Below, piece by piece: positions 1-10,626 of a DNA stretch of 64,000 nucleotides. Each line of letters starts with the position of its first letter. The first letter of the stretch is position 1. The stretch is from NCBI GenBank assembly GCA_025558095.1, contig JAIVFI010000021.1:372001-436000 (forward strand), in the 5' to 3' direction. The notes below the pieces were generated by a model. It was not told where the DNA came from. It did not search any database and saw only the letters and a list, made by a program, of their open reading frames with translations. This DNA comes from Hyaloraphidium curvatum SAG 235-1 (taxonomy: Eukaryota; Fungi; Monoblepharomycota). The translations under genes were made by a program, and so were the position numbers.

Positions 1-1215
1 GCGGGAGCCTTGCAGCAGCACGCGTGCGACGGGTCCAATTTCGCGGACGGACGGCTCGCGGACTACCAGTTCGGATCGTGGGCCAACTTCCGGACTGCGC
101 CGAAACGCCTCAGGCAGCAGCTGTTTCGGTCTACCTTGGTAGACAACGTCGACCTGGAAATCTTTCGCGTCGTGAACGGCTCGCTCTCGGTAAAGAACTG
201 CCACGTCGATTCGGGGTGCCTGCGCGGCCTCAACGGCGGGCGACTCTACCTACCCCTGCTGCAATTCATCCTGGACACCGCACGGCACGCAGGTGTACGG
301 CTGCCGGACGTCCGCATCATGTTCTTCAGCACCGACGGGGTCGGTAGCGTCGGCCAGACGCACCCCATCGCCACTGCCTCCAAAGTGCAGGGAAGCAAGT
401 TCCTCCTGTTCCCCAACTGGGAGCACGCGGAAAAGCTCCTGAAGGCGCGCGATCGGAACGCGTGGGTAGCGACTTCGGCGTGGGAGGAGCGTGCCCCGGT
501 GGCGGTCTTTCGCGGAGGGTTGACGGGGCACGATTTTGGGCCCGCGGGGTTCGTCCCCCTGCAGCAAATACGAGTCAGCGTGGTGCGACAAGGCGCGCTG
601 TATCCGGATCTGATCGACGCCGCGTGCGACTGGAACTCCCCCGGGCTGCCGGCCAGGGGCTTTACGCCGGAGATGAGGGCCAACATCCTTGACAAGTACT
701 GCAAAAACGGCACTTTTCTATCCATGCAGGATGCCGCGAACCGCTACAGGTTCCAGGTGAGCACGGACGGATTCGGCGCCGCCTTCCGGACCTTTGCCGT
801 CCTCTCCTCCGGCGCTGTTCCCATGCTGCCGCGGGACGGGGCCTTCAGCGAGCACTACTACCCTCTGTTGAAGCCGTGGGTGCACTACGTGCCCACAGAG
901 TCTTTCCGGCTGCACGAGGCCGTGTCGTTCCTCAGATTGCACGACGGGCTCGCCCGGCGGATCGCAAAGGCCGCCCTGGCCTTTTCGCTGAGCAACCTGA
1001 CGCTCAAGGGCACGTTCTGCTACGTCCTCCAGATCTGGATGAGGCTGGCCGAGCTCCAGGAGGGCCTGGACTGGGAGGCCATCGAGCTCGAGTTCGCGGC
1101 GGAGATGCAAGACCGCCGCTGGCCTCCCATGGCGAACGCGACCGCGGATACCGGAGGCGCCGATGCGCGCGCCTTTGTGCCGTACTCTGTGTGGAAGCAG
1201 ATCATGAAGGAATAG
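1..1215 (+). CDS. Glycosyltransferase family 90 (CAP10/KDELC-like), 5' end probably outside the window
   Basis: Motifs W..R...AVFRGGLTG, YRFQVSTDGFGAAFR, L.SGAV and FSEHYYPLLKPWVHYVP are typical of Glyco_transf_90. The ORF is open to the window edge and has no introns. Confidence 0.85.
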   Translation, partial: AGALQQHACDGSNFADGRLADYQFGSWANFRTAPKRLRQQLFRSTLVDNVDLEIFRVVNGSLSVKNCHVDSGCLRGLNGGRLYLPLLQFILDTARHAGVRLPDVRIMFFSTDGVGSVGQTHPIATASKVQGSKFLLFPNWEHAEKLLKARDRNAWVATSAWEERAPVAVFRGGLTGHDFGPAGFVPLQQIRVSVVRQGALYPDLIDAACDWNSPGLPARGFTPEMRANILDKYCKNGTFLSMQDAANRYRFQVSTDGFGAAFRTFAVLSSGAVPMLPRDGAFSEHYYPLLKPWVHYVPTESFRLHEAVSFLRLHDGLARRIAKAALAFSLSNLTLKGTFCYVLQIWMRLAELQEGLDWEAIELEFAAEMQDRRWPPMANATADTGGADARAFVPYSVWKQIMKE

Positions 1216-1345
1216 ACTCCGTCCCCTCGGGACCGCACGGCTCGCGCATTCCCCCCCCCCAAAGAGGCATCGCAACTGTATTTACAATCGTGGGTATCGG
1301 GACATCGAAGCAACTCCGCCCAAGCAAACCAGCACCGCACCGCCT

Positions 1346-3148
1346 TCACTGCACCGGCGTCTGCGGATAGGGCGACGTCGACAGCCCCGAGAGGGGCCAC
1401 GTCGGCGTCGCTGGCGGCGACATGATCGCCGAAGAACCCCGCGAAAGGGAGCTCTTGCTGCTGTACGACGACGAGGTCCGGGAAAGCGAGGCCATCGAGC
1501 CGTTGGGCGGCCGGTCGCCCGGCGACAGCCACGGGTGCTGCCAGATGGCCTGGGACGTCAGCCTCCGCGAGGGATTGGGGGCCAGGATCTTGCGCACGAG
1601 ATCGCGCGCGGCTTCCGAGATCCTGGCCGGCTCCCTGGGGGGCGTCTGCTGCGGGGCCGCGGGGTCACCCGGGTCCGTCAGGGACCTCGCCAGCAGCCGC
1701 GGCGGCCGCTCGTCGGGGAAACGAAAGTCCGCGCGGCAGATTTTGGAGTAGAGCGACTTTGGCTTCTGGTTTGGGAGCAGCTGGAAAGGCAGCTGCCCGG
1801 TGAGGATGGCGAAACTGGGAAGCGGGGTCGGGATTGTGAGCGAAAGGGCTGCCGCGAAAGGTCGTCCGACCCACAGGATGACGCCGCACGCCCAGATGTC
1901 GACGCCGCGGGGATCGTACTCCTGTCCGAGGATCATTTCCGGTGCCGCGTACTCTTCGGACCCGCATCGCGTCGTCAGCCGCACGCCGGGCTCGAAGAAC
2001 CGCGAGAGTCCAAAATCGGCGATTTTGATGTGCGGCGGTTCCGCGGGTTCCGGTGCGGCGGCATCCGGCCCGGCGGGCGGGGCGAGGGAGGAGGGTTGCG
2101 GGGGGCGGGATGTGAGGAGGATGTTTTCCAGCTTGAGGTCGCGGTGCGTGACGTTGCGCGAATGCAGGTAGTCGACGCCTGGATCGCGTTCGCGCATATA
2201 AACAGCCGCGAATAGGGCGGCCGAAGGCAACGTACCCTCCAGGATCTCGGAGAATATGCGGCGAGCCTCCTGTTCCTCGAGGCCCGACCCGCGGGCCGCC
2301 TGCTCGCTCGCCACCCAGTCAAACAGCTCCCCGCCGGGCACGTATTCCATCACCAAGCACGAGCAGTCCTCCAGCTCCACCGTGTCCAGCAGCGAGATGC
2401 ACCGCGGGTGCGGGGTGATTGCGCGCAGCACGGCGATCTCGCGTTCCCACGAGGCCATCATGGCCTCGGACGCGAGCATCCTGCGGCGCGGGCGCGGCGT
2501 TGGCGGTGCGGCGGAGGAGGACGGTAGCGCGGCGGGCACCCACTTTTTCTGCACCGTCTTTATGGCGACCAGGCCGCCCGTGTCCGGATCGCGGCCCAGC
2601 TTGACCTTGGAGAAGGTGCCGACGCCGACGGTGCGCTCGATCAGGTAGCGCCCGACGTGCAACAGCCCGCCCTCGGGCGACGGCGGGGGCGAGCCGCCGT
2701 CCAGCGCGCGCGGCAGGTGTTTGGAGGGTTGCATGATGGCGGGTGTCATGCTGGTGAGCGACACGGCGCGCTCGACGTTCGGCGCTCCGGCCGCGAGGTT
2801 CGAACCCAGCGCCGAGTAGCTGCGGTGGCGCTGCAGCGCGGCGGGGTCGGGGCCGGCAGTGCCGGGCGACGAGTCGTCCGCGCTCTGCGGCGACGAGTCC
2901 GCGCCGCCGTCCGAGGCGGGGCCGCGCGCCCTGCGCATTGGCATTGCGGGCGCGCGGAGCGGCGGCGGCACCGGCGGGCCGGCGGGCGCGGCGCCGAGCG
3001 GTGCGGCGGGCCCGTCCGACACCGCGCGGCGCACAACCTCGAGCGGCGCAGACGCCGACGGCGGCGGCGGGCCGAGCAGCGCCGAGCCCGGCAGGGCCGC
3101 CGCCACGGACAGCCGGATCGCTGGCGGCCCCGGCCCGCCCGGTTCCAT
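1346..3148 (-). CDS. Ser/Thr protein kinase, CAMK group (SNF1/Nim1/Prr1-like)
   Basis: GVGTFSKV, VAIK, HRDLKLEN, DFG, TRCGSEEYAAPE and DIWACGVIL. Two in-frame GT-AG introns at 2179-2235 and 1815-1874. Likely ATG at 3148 (MEPGG). Confidence 0.92.
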   Translation of the reverse strand: MEPGGPGPPAIRLSVAAALPGSALLGPPPPSASAPLEVVRRAVSDGPAAPLGAAPAGPPVPPPLRAPAMPMRRARGPASDGGADSSPQSADDSSPGTAGPDPAALQRHRSYSALGSNLAAGAPNVERAVSLTSMTPAIMQPSKHLPRALDGGSPPPSPEGGLLHVGRYLIERTVGVGTFSKVKLGRDPDTGGLVAIKTVQKKWVPAALPSSSAAPPTPRPRRRMLASEAMMASWEREIAVLRAITPHPRCISLLDTVELEDCSCLVMEYVPGGELFDWVASEQAARGSGLEEQEARRIFSEILEGTLPSAALFAAVYMRERDPGVDYLHSRNVTHRDLKLENILLTSRPPQPSSLAPPAGPDAAAPEPAEPPHIKIADFGLSRFFEPGVRLTTRCGSEEYAAPEMILGQEYDPRGVDIWACGVILWVGRPFAAALSLTIPTPLPSFAILTGQLPFQLLPNQKPKSLYSKICRADFRFPDERPPRLLARSLTDPGDPAAPQQTPPREPARISEAARDLVRKILAPNPSRRLTSQAIWQHPWLSPGDRPPNGSMASLSRTSSSYSSKSSLSRGSSAIMSPPATPTWPLSGLSTSPYPQTPVQ

Positions 3149-3240
3149 GGCGGCGTGCTCCGCGTCCCGCGAGATCACACAACACCGCCTCGCCCCACCC
3201 CGCCCACCCCGCCATGCACGCCCCGCGGCACTCGGCCCGC

Positions 3241-5193
3241 ATGCGCACGCCGCTGCCCCGCGGGCTCGCCGTCGCGCTCGTCGCGCTCGCGATCCTCGCG
3301 CTGCTGGGAATCGCCGCCGCCCAGAACTCGACGGACTCCTCCGCGGCAACTTCGGCAACCCAGTCCACTCAGACCGCGTCATCGGCCTCCGCTGGCGCCA
3401 CGACATCAGAGACACCCTCCGCCACCTCATCGGCCGCGTCGTCGACCTCGGAAACAACAACGACCCCCTCCAGCTCGCCCACGACTTCGCCGACGCCCTC
3501 AACCACAACCACAACCACATTCGCCCCGCCCACGCCGGTCGGGACGCCCGTCTACTACGCCGCCGACGGTGCGGGCCTGCAGTGTGCCGCCGCGGGCTGC
3601 CAGATGGTCAGCGGCGGCGGCGACCCGTACCAGCGGCTGTGCTCGCCCTCGCTCTCGCCGGACTGCTCGCAGGTGCTCCTGCAAGGACCCTCGGGGAACT
3701 GCATCCTGGTGCCGATCGGCGGGAGCTCTTTGTCGGTCGGCCGCTGCCCCGGCTCGGCGCCGTCGCGCCTGCTGCAGCGGCTCTGGCGCCTGGTCCAGCG
3801 GCAACTCACTCCGGAAAACCTCCAATTCCTCTTTGCGGCCGGCGGCGGAGGCGACACGGCAATCCAGAGCGCGCTCACCAACCTGTGCATGCTGCACCCG
3901 GCCGGGGCCGGGGCCGTTTCGCTGGGGTCCTGCGGCTCGGCCGCGAGCCAGTTCGTGGCCCGCCAGGATCCGCCACCTCCCCCGACCACCACGGTAACCA
4001 CAACGGAACCGCCTACGACGACGTGGGTTTCAAGATGGGCCTGAATGAGCTCTGCTGCGGATTCTAATTGTCGCCAAAGCACGACCGCCGTTCCTACGAC
4101 GACCAGCAGCTCCGAAACGACGACATCGACGCAGTCAACGACGTGGGTCGCCTAATGCTTGTGTGCGTGACGCATCTGACGCCGCCTTTGCAGGACCACG
4201 TCTCCAACGACCACGTGGGGCCGTCGTGTTCCCGGCCTCGATCATGCTGACGTCTCGCTCCATTTGCAGAACAACAAGCAGTCCCACGACGTCCAGCTCC
4301 ACCGAAACGACCAGTTCGACGACCAGTTCCACGGCCTTGAGCACGACATCGAGCACCCTGTCCACGTTTGCGAGCACGTCCGTCTCGACCACGACTTCCC
4401 GGACGACTTCGGCATCGACGAGCTCCGGAACGGCCACGGCGACCCCTGCTCCCACGTCTGACGGCCTCTCCGCGGGCGCGATCGCCGGCATCGCCATAGG
4501 CGCCGCCGCGGGCGCCGCGCTCTTGGGCGTGGGAGCCTTCTACCTCATCAAAGCCCAACGGCCACCGGAAAAAATCGTCGTTCAGGGAATCTCCAACGAG
4601 GAATCGTACGGCGCGCAGTCCGCCAACCGCGCCTCGGCCGCAGGGCCTTCCCCGACGTCTTACGCCTCGGGCGCCTCGCAGGCCGCGGCCGCGTCCAACG
4701 GCGCGGGGTACGCCTCGGGGGTCGCGCCGGCCGCCGCGTTCGGCGCCGGGGCGGCAGCGGCGGGCACCGTGGCGGGGGAGAGCATCGCGATGGCGCCGAT
4801 CGTGCCCTACGGGCCGCCGGCGGCTGGCGAGGTGGCGACCGTCGTGCGGCCGCACATTCCCCAGCTCTCGGACGAGCTCCTCCTCAGCGTGAGTTCGCTG
4901 CCATCAACGTGGCCTTTTAAGCGGAATGCTGAATATGCCTGCACAGGTGGGCGACACGGTCACGATCCAGCGGGTCCACGACGACGGATGGGCAACGGGG
5001 TAAGCTTGTCGGAGCCTCTGACCGTTCAACAGCTAATCGGACCGGCTCGTCTACGCAGCATCAACAATGTTACGCGGGTGACCGGCGTCTGTGAGTTGCA
5101 ATGCTGCGCGCATGTATCCTCCTCTGACAGCACTGCGTGACGGCAGTCCCCATGGCATGCGTCTTCCGGTCGGGCGGTGCGCTTCCGCAATGA
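3241..5193 (+). CDS. Type I membrane protein: signal peptide, Ser/Thr-rich stalks, Cys-containing (ricin-B-like?) ectodomain, TM helix, C-terminal SH3
   Basis: Signal peptide MRTPLPRGLAVALVALAILALLGIAAA and TM segment LSAGAIAGIAIGAAAGAALLGVGAFYLI. The spliced C-terminus VVRPHIPQLSDELLLS/VGDTVTIQRVHDDGWATG/INNVTRVTGV/FPMACV is an SH3 domain. Several short introns (e.g. 4023-4079); stop at 5191-5193. Confidence 0.8.
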
Positions 5194-5365
5194 AGGGCAG
5201 GGTGATTCTAGACGACGTTTCACTAGGTGTAGAGCAACTAGTACTCTATTCAAGGCCGTGTGCTGCGCTGCGCTTGAAGTTGCGTCGACAAACGAGTCCC
5301 CTGCTACCCGTCCTGCAAGAGCTGCTGCGTCTCGTTGAGACGCTCTGCATGTTTACGAATGTCCC

Positions 5366-6761
5366 TTAGCGGTTCTGGAAGAGCTGTGGCAAAGGCCGAT
5401 GAGTTTTCGACCCCCGCGGAGCGAGGCCCGAGCACCTTACCAATTCGATCGCTGCCTCGACGTTGCCCCCCGTCAAAGTCAGCGCCCTCGTGTTTGCGGC
5501 CGCGTCCCACAGGCCCATATCATTGAGCTGCCTGAGCTGTGTCTGGAAGCGCTCCTCCGGGGGCCTCGTGTCGGCCGGGGGAGCCGGCAAGCCGGTGAGC
5601 ATCTGCATCATCTGCTGCATCCGCGCCGGATCCAACGGCGGCAGCGCGGGCGCACCGTCGGTGGGCAGTCCGCCGACGCCTGCATCCGCGCCGGCGGCGG
5701 GGGCGGAGGAGCCGGTGGTTGCCGTCGCGGTGGGGGCGGTGCCGGTCGCCGCGCCGAGCCCGCCAAGGCCTCCCATGCCTCCCAAACCGCCGAGACCGCC
5801 AAACGAAGGCATGCCGCCTGACTGCCGCAGCCGGGCCGACATCTGCATCATCGATCGCAGCGTTTCTGGGGTGCGCGAATCATGGTTCACACGTGTGTGG
5901 GGGGGGGGCGGAAAACACGGTTCACAAGCGTGGGGCACATTCGCACGCAAACAAGTCCGATCAGCATGGTCCACACTTCGCGAGCGCCGTGTACCTACCG
6001 GGGTTGCTGAACATGGTCTGCATCATCTGGCGCATCTGAGGGTTGGCGTTCGCGAGCATGGGGTTGGAGGCCATGACCATCTCCATGAATTGCGGGTTCT
6101 GCATCATCGTAGTCTGCAAAAGAGGAACAACGACAATCAGCTGGTCGCCAGAGGGGTCGCTCCGCCGCTGCAGGCCCACCATCTGCTGGAGAACCATGGG
6201 ATCGTTCATGAGCATCTCCATCGTCGCCTCGTCGGGCATGCCCCCCATGCCAAGCCCGCCCAGTCCTCCGAGGCCACCCAGTCCACCGAGACCGCCGAGC
6301 CCGCCCAACCCGGCCAGGGGGGGGAGGCCGCCCGCTGCGCCCGTCCCGCCTCCGGCACCCGCCCCCGCGCCGGCAAACATGTTGAACGGCGTCGCTGCCG
6401 CCCCAGCTCCGGTTCCCGGCGTCACGGGCGTGTTCTCCGGCGCGCTGGGCACGGCGGGGCTGGTCCCCGACGCGCTCGCCGGGCTGGCAGTGTCCTTCTT
6501 CTCCTCGGGCTTCGGCTTGTTCAGCTTCACGAGATGGACGGTGTGCCCATCGGCCATCTTGTACGATGCGATAGTTTCCTCGTCCTTGAGCACCCGCCCG
6601 GCGTAGATCAGGCGCTGCGAGTCGGCGGGGCACGGGCCGGCCGCGGTGTTTTCAATCGCATCGGCGACCTTGGACTTTAGCTCCGCGATGGTCGTCTCCG
6701 GCTCCGCCGACACGCTGAGCTTCGTGTCGTTCGAGCACTTTATGTTTAGATTGAGCGGCAT
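5366..6761 (-). CDS. DSK2: Ubiquilin (UBL-STI1-UBA proteasome shuttle factor)
   Basis: UBL motif QRLIYAGRVLKD...DGHTVHLV, Met/Gln/Pro-rich STI1 repeats and UBA PPEERFQTQLRQLNDMG...ALTLTGGNVEAAIE. Multiple introns. Confidence 0.93.
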
Positions 6762-6919
6762 CGTAGACCGATTGGACGGAGGATCAGTGAGAGTACGACG
6801 CCCAGTTCGAACAAAGGTTTGCTCAGCAGGGGCCATCAGCAACTTCACCCGGGGTCTAGCAGTCTGGCAGGGCACAGCAGGCTTCTTGGATACAATTCGC
6901 CGCGGAGAGCTCGGCTGCC

Positions 6920-8212
6920 ATGAGCGCCCGGGAGAGGGAACTCGCGACCGCAGAATCCGAACTCCATGCCGCGGAGGCCAGGTTGCTTGTGGCCAAGGAA
7001 GAGACGTCAGTTGCCGAAAGTTCCTTAAATTCAGTACGAAGCTCCGGAGATGCCGACGATATTGCTCGCGCCAAGCGCTTGTTGGACCTCTCCATTGACG
7101 CTCTTGCGACGCGCCAAAGCGAGGTCTCGAATCTCGTTACCATTGTGAACGAACTCCGCGCCTTGAGGGTCAAGGAAAGCAAGGTCTTCACGGAAACGAC
7201 CAGCGAGACTGGCTCATTGATTGCCAACGCAAGGTTGGCGTATCCGGACATATCTCCCAAACAGGAGGTTGTCCTCGCCACATCTACTATGATGGCAGAC
7301 TTTCGCAAGATCTTGCTTCGAGGACCGTTAGAAAGTCGCAAGATAGTGGAGTTCCGGCGCCGAATGGATGCCATCTTGAGCACATCTACCCGATGGCAAT
7401 TCACCTCCGAAACCGGCTTCGTGCTGGATGGACCTGTGACTGCGGAAGGGCAAGGAGCATCAAGCATCCTGTACGCTTATTCCGGTCCCTTGCTCATGTG
7501 CGCAAAACTCGGACCACGCGTCTTCCGCGAGCACGACGTGTCGGAAGCAGTCCATCGGGACTTCATCTGTCCCTCTGTCGTGCACATGACGAACAAGTTC
7601 CTCGTTGCGCGGACTGCGAGATCGGAGCAACCCCAGCAGTGCGTTGTGATGCCACTCTATCCACAGAGCGCTGCCGATGCTTCTCTTGCCTTTCGAGAAC
7701 AGGACCGCCAGTCACGAGAGCACCTGGCACACGCCATCCTTGTGTCTGGCCTTGCCGCAGTACAAGCCTTCTCGCAAGCAGGATGGGGTCACGGTGACAT
7801 AAAGCCCAGCAACCTTATGCTTACGAATGATGGTTCCGGCATCGTCGTGTTGGTCGACTTTGGAACGGCACAGCCCCTCGGCATGGACCACATGGAATCA
7901 TCGAAGTTCAACTGCGGGGCAACGGCCACTGCCAGTGAACATTATGATTTGGTCTGTCTCGGCAGCACGGTTGCACACGTTCTAGATCCTAGCGCCGCTC
8001 CGCGGGACTCACTGGAAGATTGCTTGGCTACACTATCGAAAATGGCCGAAGTGAAGCAATCCCCCATTACGGATGCGGCGTTGGCCTGCTTGAAAGGGTT
8101 CGAGTCTGCTGACACCATTGCAAAGACTCTTCAGTCGGGGATGCGGCTTCGTGGCTCCACCTGGCTACCTTCCCTCGACAGTGTTTGGCCGAGGTCCCGT
8201 GGTGCCCAATAG
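6920..8212 (+). CDS. Divergent intronless protein kinase with N-terminal coiled coil
   Basis: HGDIKPSNLML and VDFG catalytic motifs, CAK as the beta3 Lys, degenerate Gly loop and activation segment. The first ~90 aa are heptad-like helix. Confidence 0.75.
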   Translation: MSARERELATAESELHAAEARLLVAKEETSVAESSLNSVRSSGDADDIARAKRLLDLSIDALATRQSEVSNLVTIVNELRALRVKESKVFTETTSETGSLIANARLAYPDISPKQEVVLATSTMMADFRKILLRGPLESRKIVEFRRRMDAILSTSTRWQFTSETGFVLDGPVTAEGQGASSILYAYSGPLLMCAKLGPRVFREHDVSEAVHRDFICPSVVHMTNKFLVARTARSEQPQQCVVMPLYPQSAADASLAFREQDRQSREHLAHAILVSGLAAVQAFSQAGWGHGDIKPSNLMLTNDGSGIVVLVDFGTAQPLGMDHMESSKFNCGATATASEHYDLVCLGSTVAHVLDPSAAPRDSLEDCLATLSKMAEVKQSPITDAALACLKGFESADTIAKTLQSGMRLRGSTWLPSLDSVWPRSRGAQ

Positions 8213-8224
8213 ATGCCAGTTGCT

Positions 8225-9247
8225 CTAGTCGGCAGGCAGCGGGCAGTCGCGCTCCTTACACAGGCAGAATGTGCGCAGAGGGACCTCGCGAACGATTTCT
8301 TCCAGGGCTGCCTTGTGGCACCGGTTGCTGGCAAGAATTTGGACGCCTCCTCCCCATGCCTCGTAGAAAGCAACGATCTCCCTCACCGCTGGGGTGTAGT
8401 TGTACCCCCTGTTGGAGCCCATCTCGATGCTGATGTGGCGAAAGAGCGTCTTCTTGCGCCGCATTAGCGCCAGGAGGCTCTGTGCACAAAGCCATTCTGC
8501 GCCATCGATGTCGATTTTTATGAGCGCGTACGAGTCGATCGGCCTGGTGATCACGGTAGCCGCCGTCGACGCGAGCACGGAGACGACCTTGCCTCCGCCC
8601 CCGCTGCAGCGCGCCTCCTCCTCTTCGCTTTCGAGGATGTGTCCGTGGAGCGAGCCCCCCGGGATCGCGCAGAACTTGGCAGCGGCGGCCAGGAGCGTTC
8701 CATCGCCCCTATCCTTGGCAATGACGCGGTGCAGCAGCGTATCTCTCGGGGCGTCGTTCACCACAAGGGTGCTTTGAAGCCACGGAACAAGAGAGGGGCT
8801 CGCTTCGACGGCCACGAGCGTCCTATCGCTCTTTCCCCTCTGCAACTGCACGAAGAGGGTGCTGAAGATGCCCAGGTTGGCACCGAACTCCACAATGTGG
8901 CCCGGGCCGCGGGCAAAGGCGGCGTAGTAACTTTCGAGGTCCAAGTCCCATCCGTCCCCGGCACACAACCGTGCGATGAGCAGGAGCTCGTCCGACGGGA
9001 CAAAAACGCGTCTCCTGACGCCACTAGCGTCCCAGATGGCGAGAACAGAGTCCTTCAGCGATATGCACCGCGGCGGTTCGGGAATGCTCTCGAGCACTGT
9101 TCGAAGCACGGACGGGTCCGTCGCCTGCACGCTCGCTGCGGGCGCCGCCTCGCACGGCTCAGGCGAGGGACATGTCCTATTTCTCGACCATGCGGCGAGA
9201 GCCAGGACGAAAGAAAGGAGGGAGAGCGTCGAGCTCGGGAACCGCAT
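8225..9247 (-). CDS. FkbM-family SAM-dependent methyltransferase with signal anchor
   Basis: IVEFGANLGIFS, VAVEASP and LIKIDIDGAE motifs, plus a hydrophobic N-terminus. Intronless. Confidence 0.82.
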   Translation of the reverse strand: MRFPSSTLSLLSFVLALAAWSRNRTCPSPEPCEAAPAASVQATDPSVLRTVLESIPEPPRCISLKDSVLAIWDASGVRRRVFVPSDELLLIARLCAGDGWDLDLESYYAAFARGPGHIVEFGANLGIFSTLFVQLQRGKSDRTLVAVEASPSLVPWLQSTLVVNDAPRDTLLHRVIAKDRGDGTLLAAAAKFCAIPGGSLHGHILESEEEEARCSGGGGKVVSVLASTAATVITRPIDSYALIKIDIDGAEWLCAQSLLALMRRKKTLFRHISIEMGSNRGYNYTPAVREIVAFYEAWGGGVQILASNRCHKAALEEIVREVPLRTFCLCKERDCPLPAD

Positions 9248-9369
9248 GGCGCACAGGATGGGACGGCGCAGCAAGGTTTCCTGTCAATTTCCTCTTCCTT
9301 CTCGCCGTCAAAATGTGTGCTGATCCTCATCCTCATTAAATTCACCACAATGCAACATCTAATCGGTGG

Positions 9370-10434
9370 TCAGGTCGGCGGGGCCGGGCCGTGCTGCACC
9401 TTTCCCCCCGCGCGCAGCCTCCCGAACCTGAACCCCTGCAGCGGGCGGACCTCGATCCCCTTGAGGTTCATGACCGCCTTGAGGAACGTCTCGGCGTGCA
9501 GCGAGCCCTCGTAGTAGCCCTGGCTCTCGTTCACGACGCTCGGCACCGAGTGGTGCAGGTACAGCTCGGCGAGACGCATGCGGTGGCCGTAGAGGTCCAT
9601 CACCTCGGGCGTCCCGACCGCGAAGCGGTCGTTGACCCCCGAGTACGAGTCAAAGTCGGGGGCGTACAGCGTCCGCGGTGCGACGTCGGGCACGGGCAGC
9701 GGCGTATCGTACCACAGATCGGGGCGCAGGTACGTGACGGCGCCGTAATCGGCCCGGCGGGGCCACCACAGCTCCGACACGCGGTCCAGAGAGTGCTGCT
9801 GCAGCAGGAAGTTCCGCATGGACCGCCCGCCGGTGGTGGGCCACGGGTCGCCCCGGATGAGGTAGTAGTCGAGGCTGCGGAAGCCGGCGAGGGCCTCTTC
9901 GCGGGTCGAGAAGGACGCGGCGAGCAGCCGCACGCCTGCGGCGGCGAGCCCGTCCTTGAGCACGCGCAACGACCCGGCGACGTCGAGCCTGGCCTGGCGC
10001 TCGCCGTTCCGCGGGTTGTCGAAGCTGTCGAGCGCGAACGTGTGCAGATACGCGTCCAGACGGCCGCACCGGGCGGCCAGCGGCGCCAGCACGTTGTCTG
10101 CGAGGTTTGCGGCGTGCGAGGCGTTCAAGTTCTTTAGCTGGCCGAAGAAGCAGAGCGCGCACGGGCTGCCGCCGCCGTTGTCCGCCGGGGCGTCCAGCAG
10201 CGCGGCGGCCGCGGCCTCGAGCGCGGCCTTGAGCGCGGCGTCGGGCGGCAGCGCGGCGGGGGCGCGGCCGCACGCCGTCCGCGGCGGCTCGGGGCCGGCC
10301 ACCGTCGCCCGCCGCACCTCGGCCGCGAGCGCCTCACGGCAGCCGTCGCGCATCCGCGCGCCGCCGATCGCGCCGGCCCCGAGCAGCGCGAGCGCGGCCG
10401 CGGGCCAGAGCAGCCAGCGCCGCAGCCTCGCCAT
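9370..10434 (-). CDS. Putative glycosyltransferase-like type II membrane protein (ALCFxGQ...RPD...NDRFA family)
   Basis: Signal anchor followed by ALCFFGQLK, YLHTF, QQHSL, YLRPDL, GVNDRFAVG and HAETFL motifs. Intronless. Confidence 0.65.
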   Translation of the reverse strand: MARLRRWLLWPAAALALLGAGAIGGARMRDGCREALAAEVRRATVAGPEPPRTACGRAPAALPPDAALKAALEAAAAALLDAPADNGGGSPCALCFFGQLKNLNASHAANLADNVLAPLAARCGRLDAYLHTFALDSFDNPRNGERQARLDVAGSLRVLKDGLAAAGVRLLAASFSTREEALAGFRSLDYYLIRGDPWPTTGGRSMRNFLLQQHSLDRVSELWWPRRADYGAVTYLRPDLWYDTPLPVPDVAPRTLYAPDFDSYSGVNDRFAVGTPEVMDLYGHRMRLAELYLHHSVPSVVNESQGYYEGSLHAETFLKAVMNLKGIEVRPLQGFRFGRLRAGGKVQHGPAPPT

Positions 10435-10626
10435 AACTGGGCGGGACGGAGGGGAAAGGAGTGAGCGTCCCTCGGCGCCGCCCCATCATTCGCCGCCGCT
10501 ACCCCTTCGACGAGATTTGGAGACATTCGACCAAATCCTATCCTCCGGAACAGCGACCGACTACAGAAAAGCAAATGATTCATGTTCCACCGCCGCCGCG
10601 CCCGTCCGCCGCGCCGCACGCGCAGA

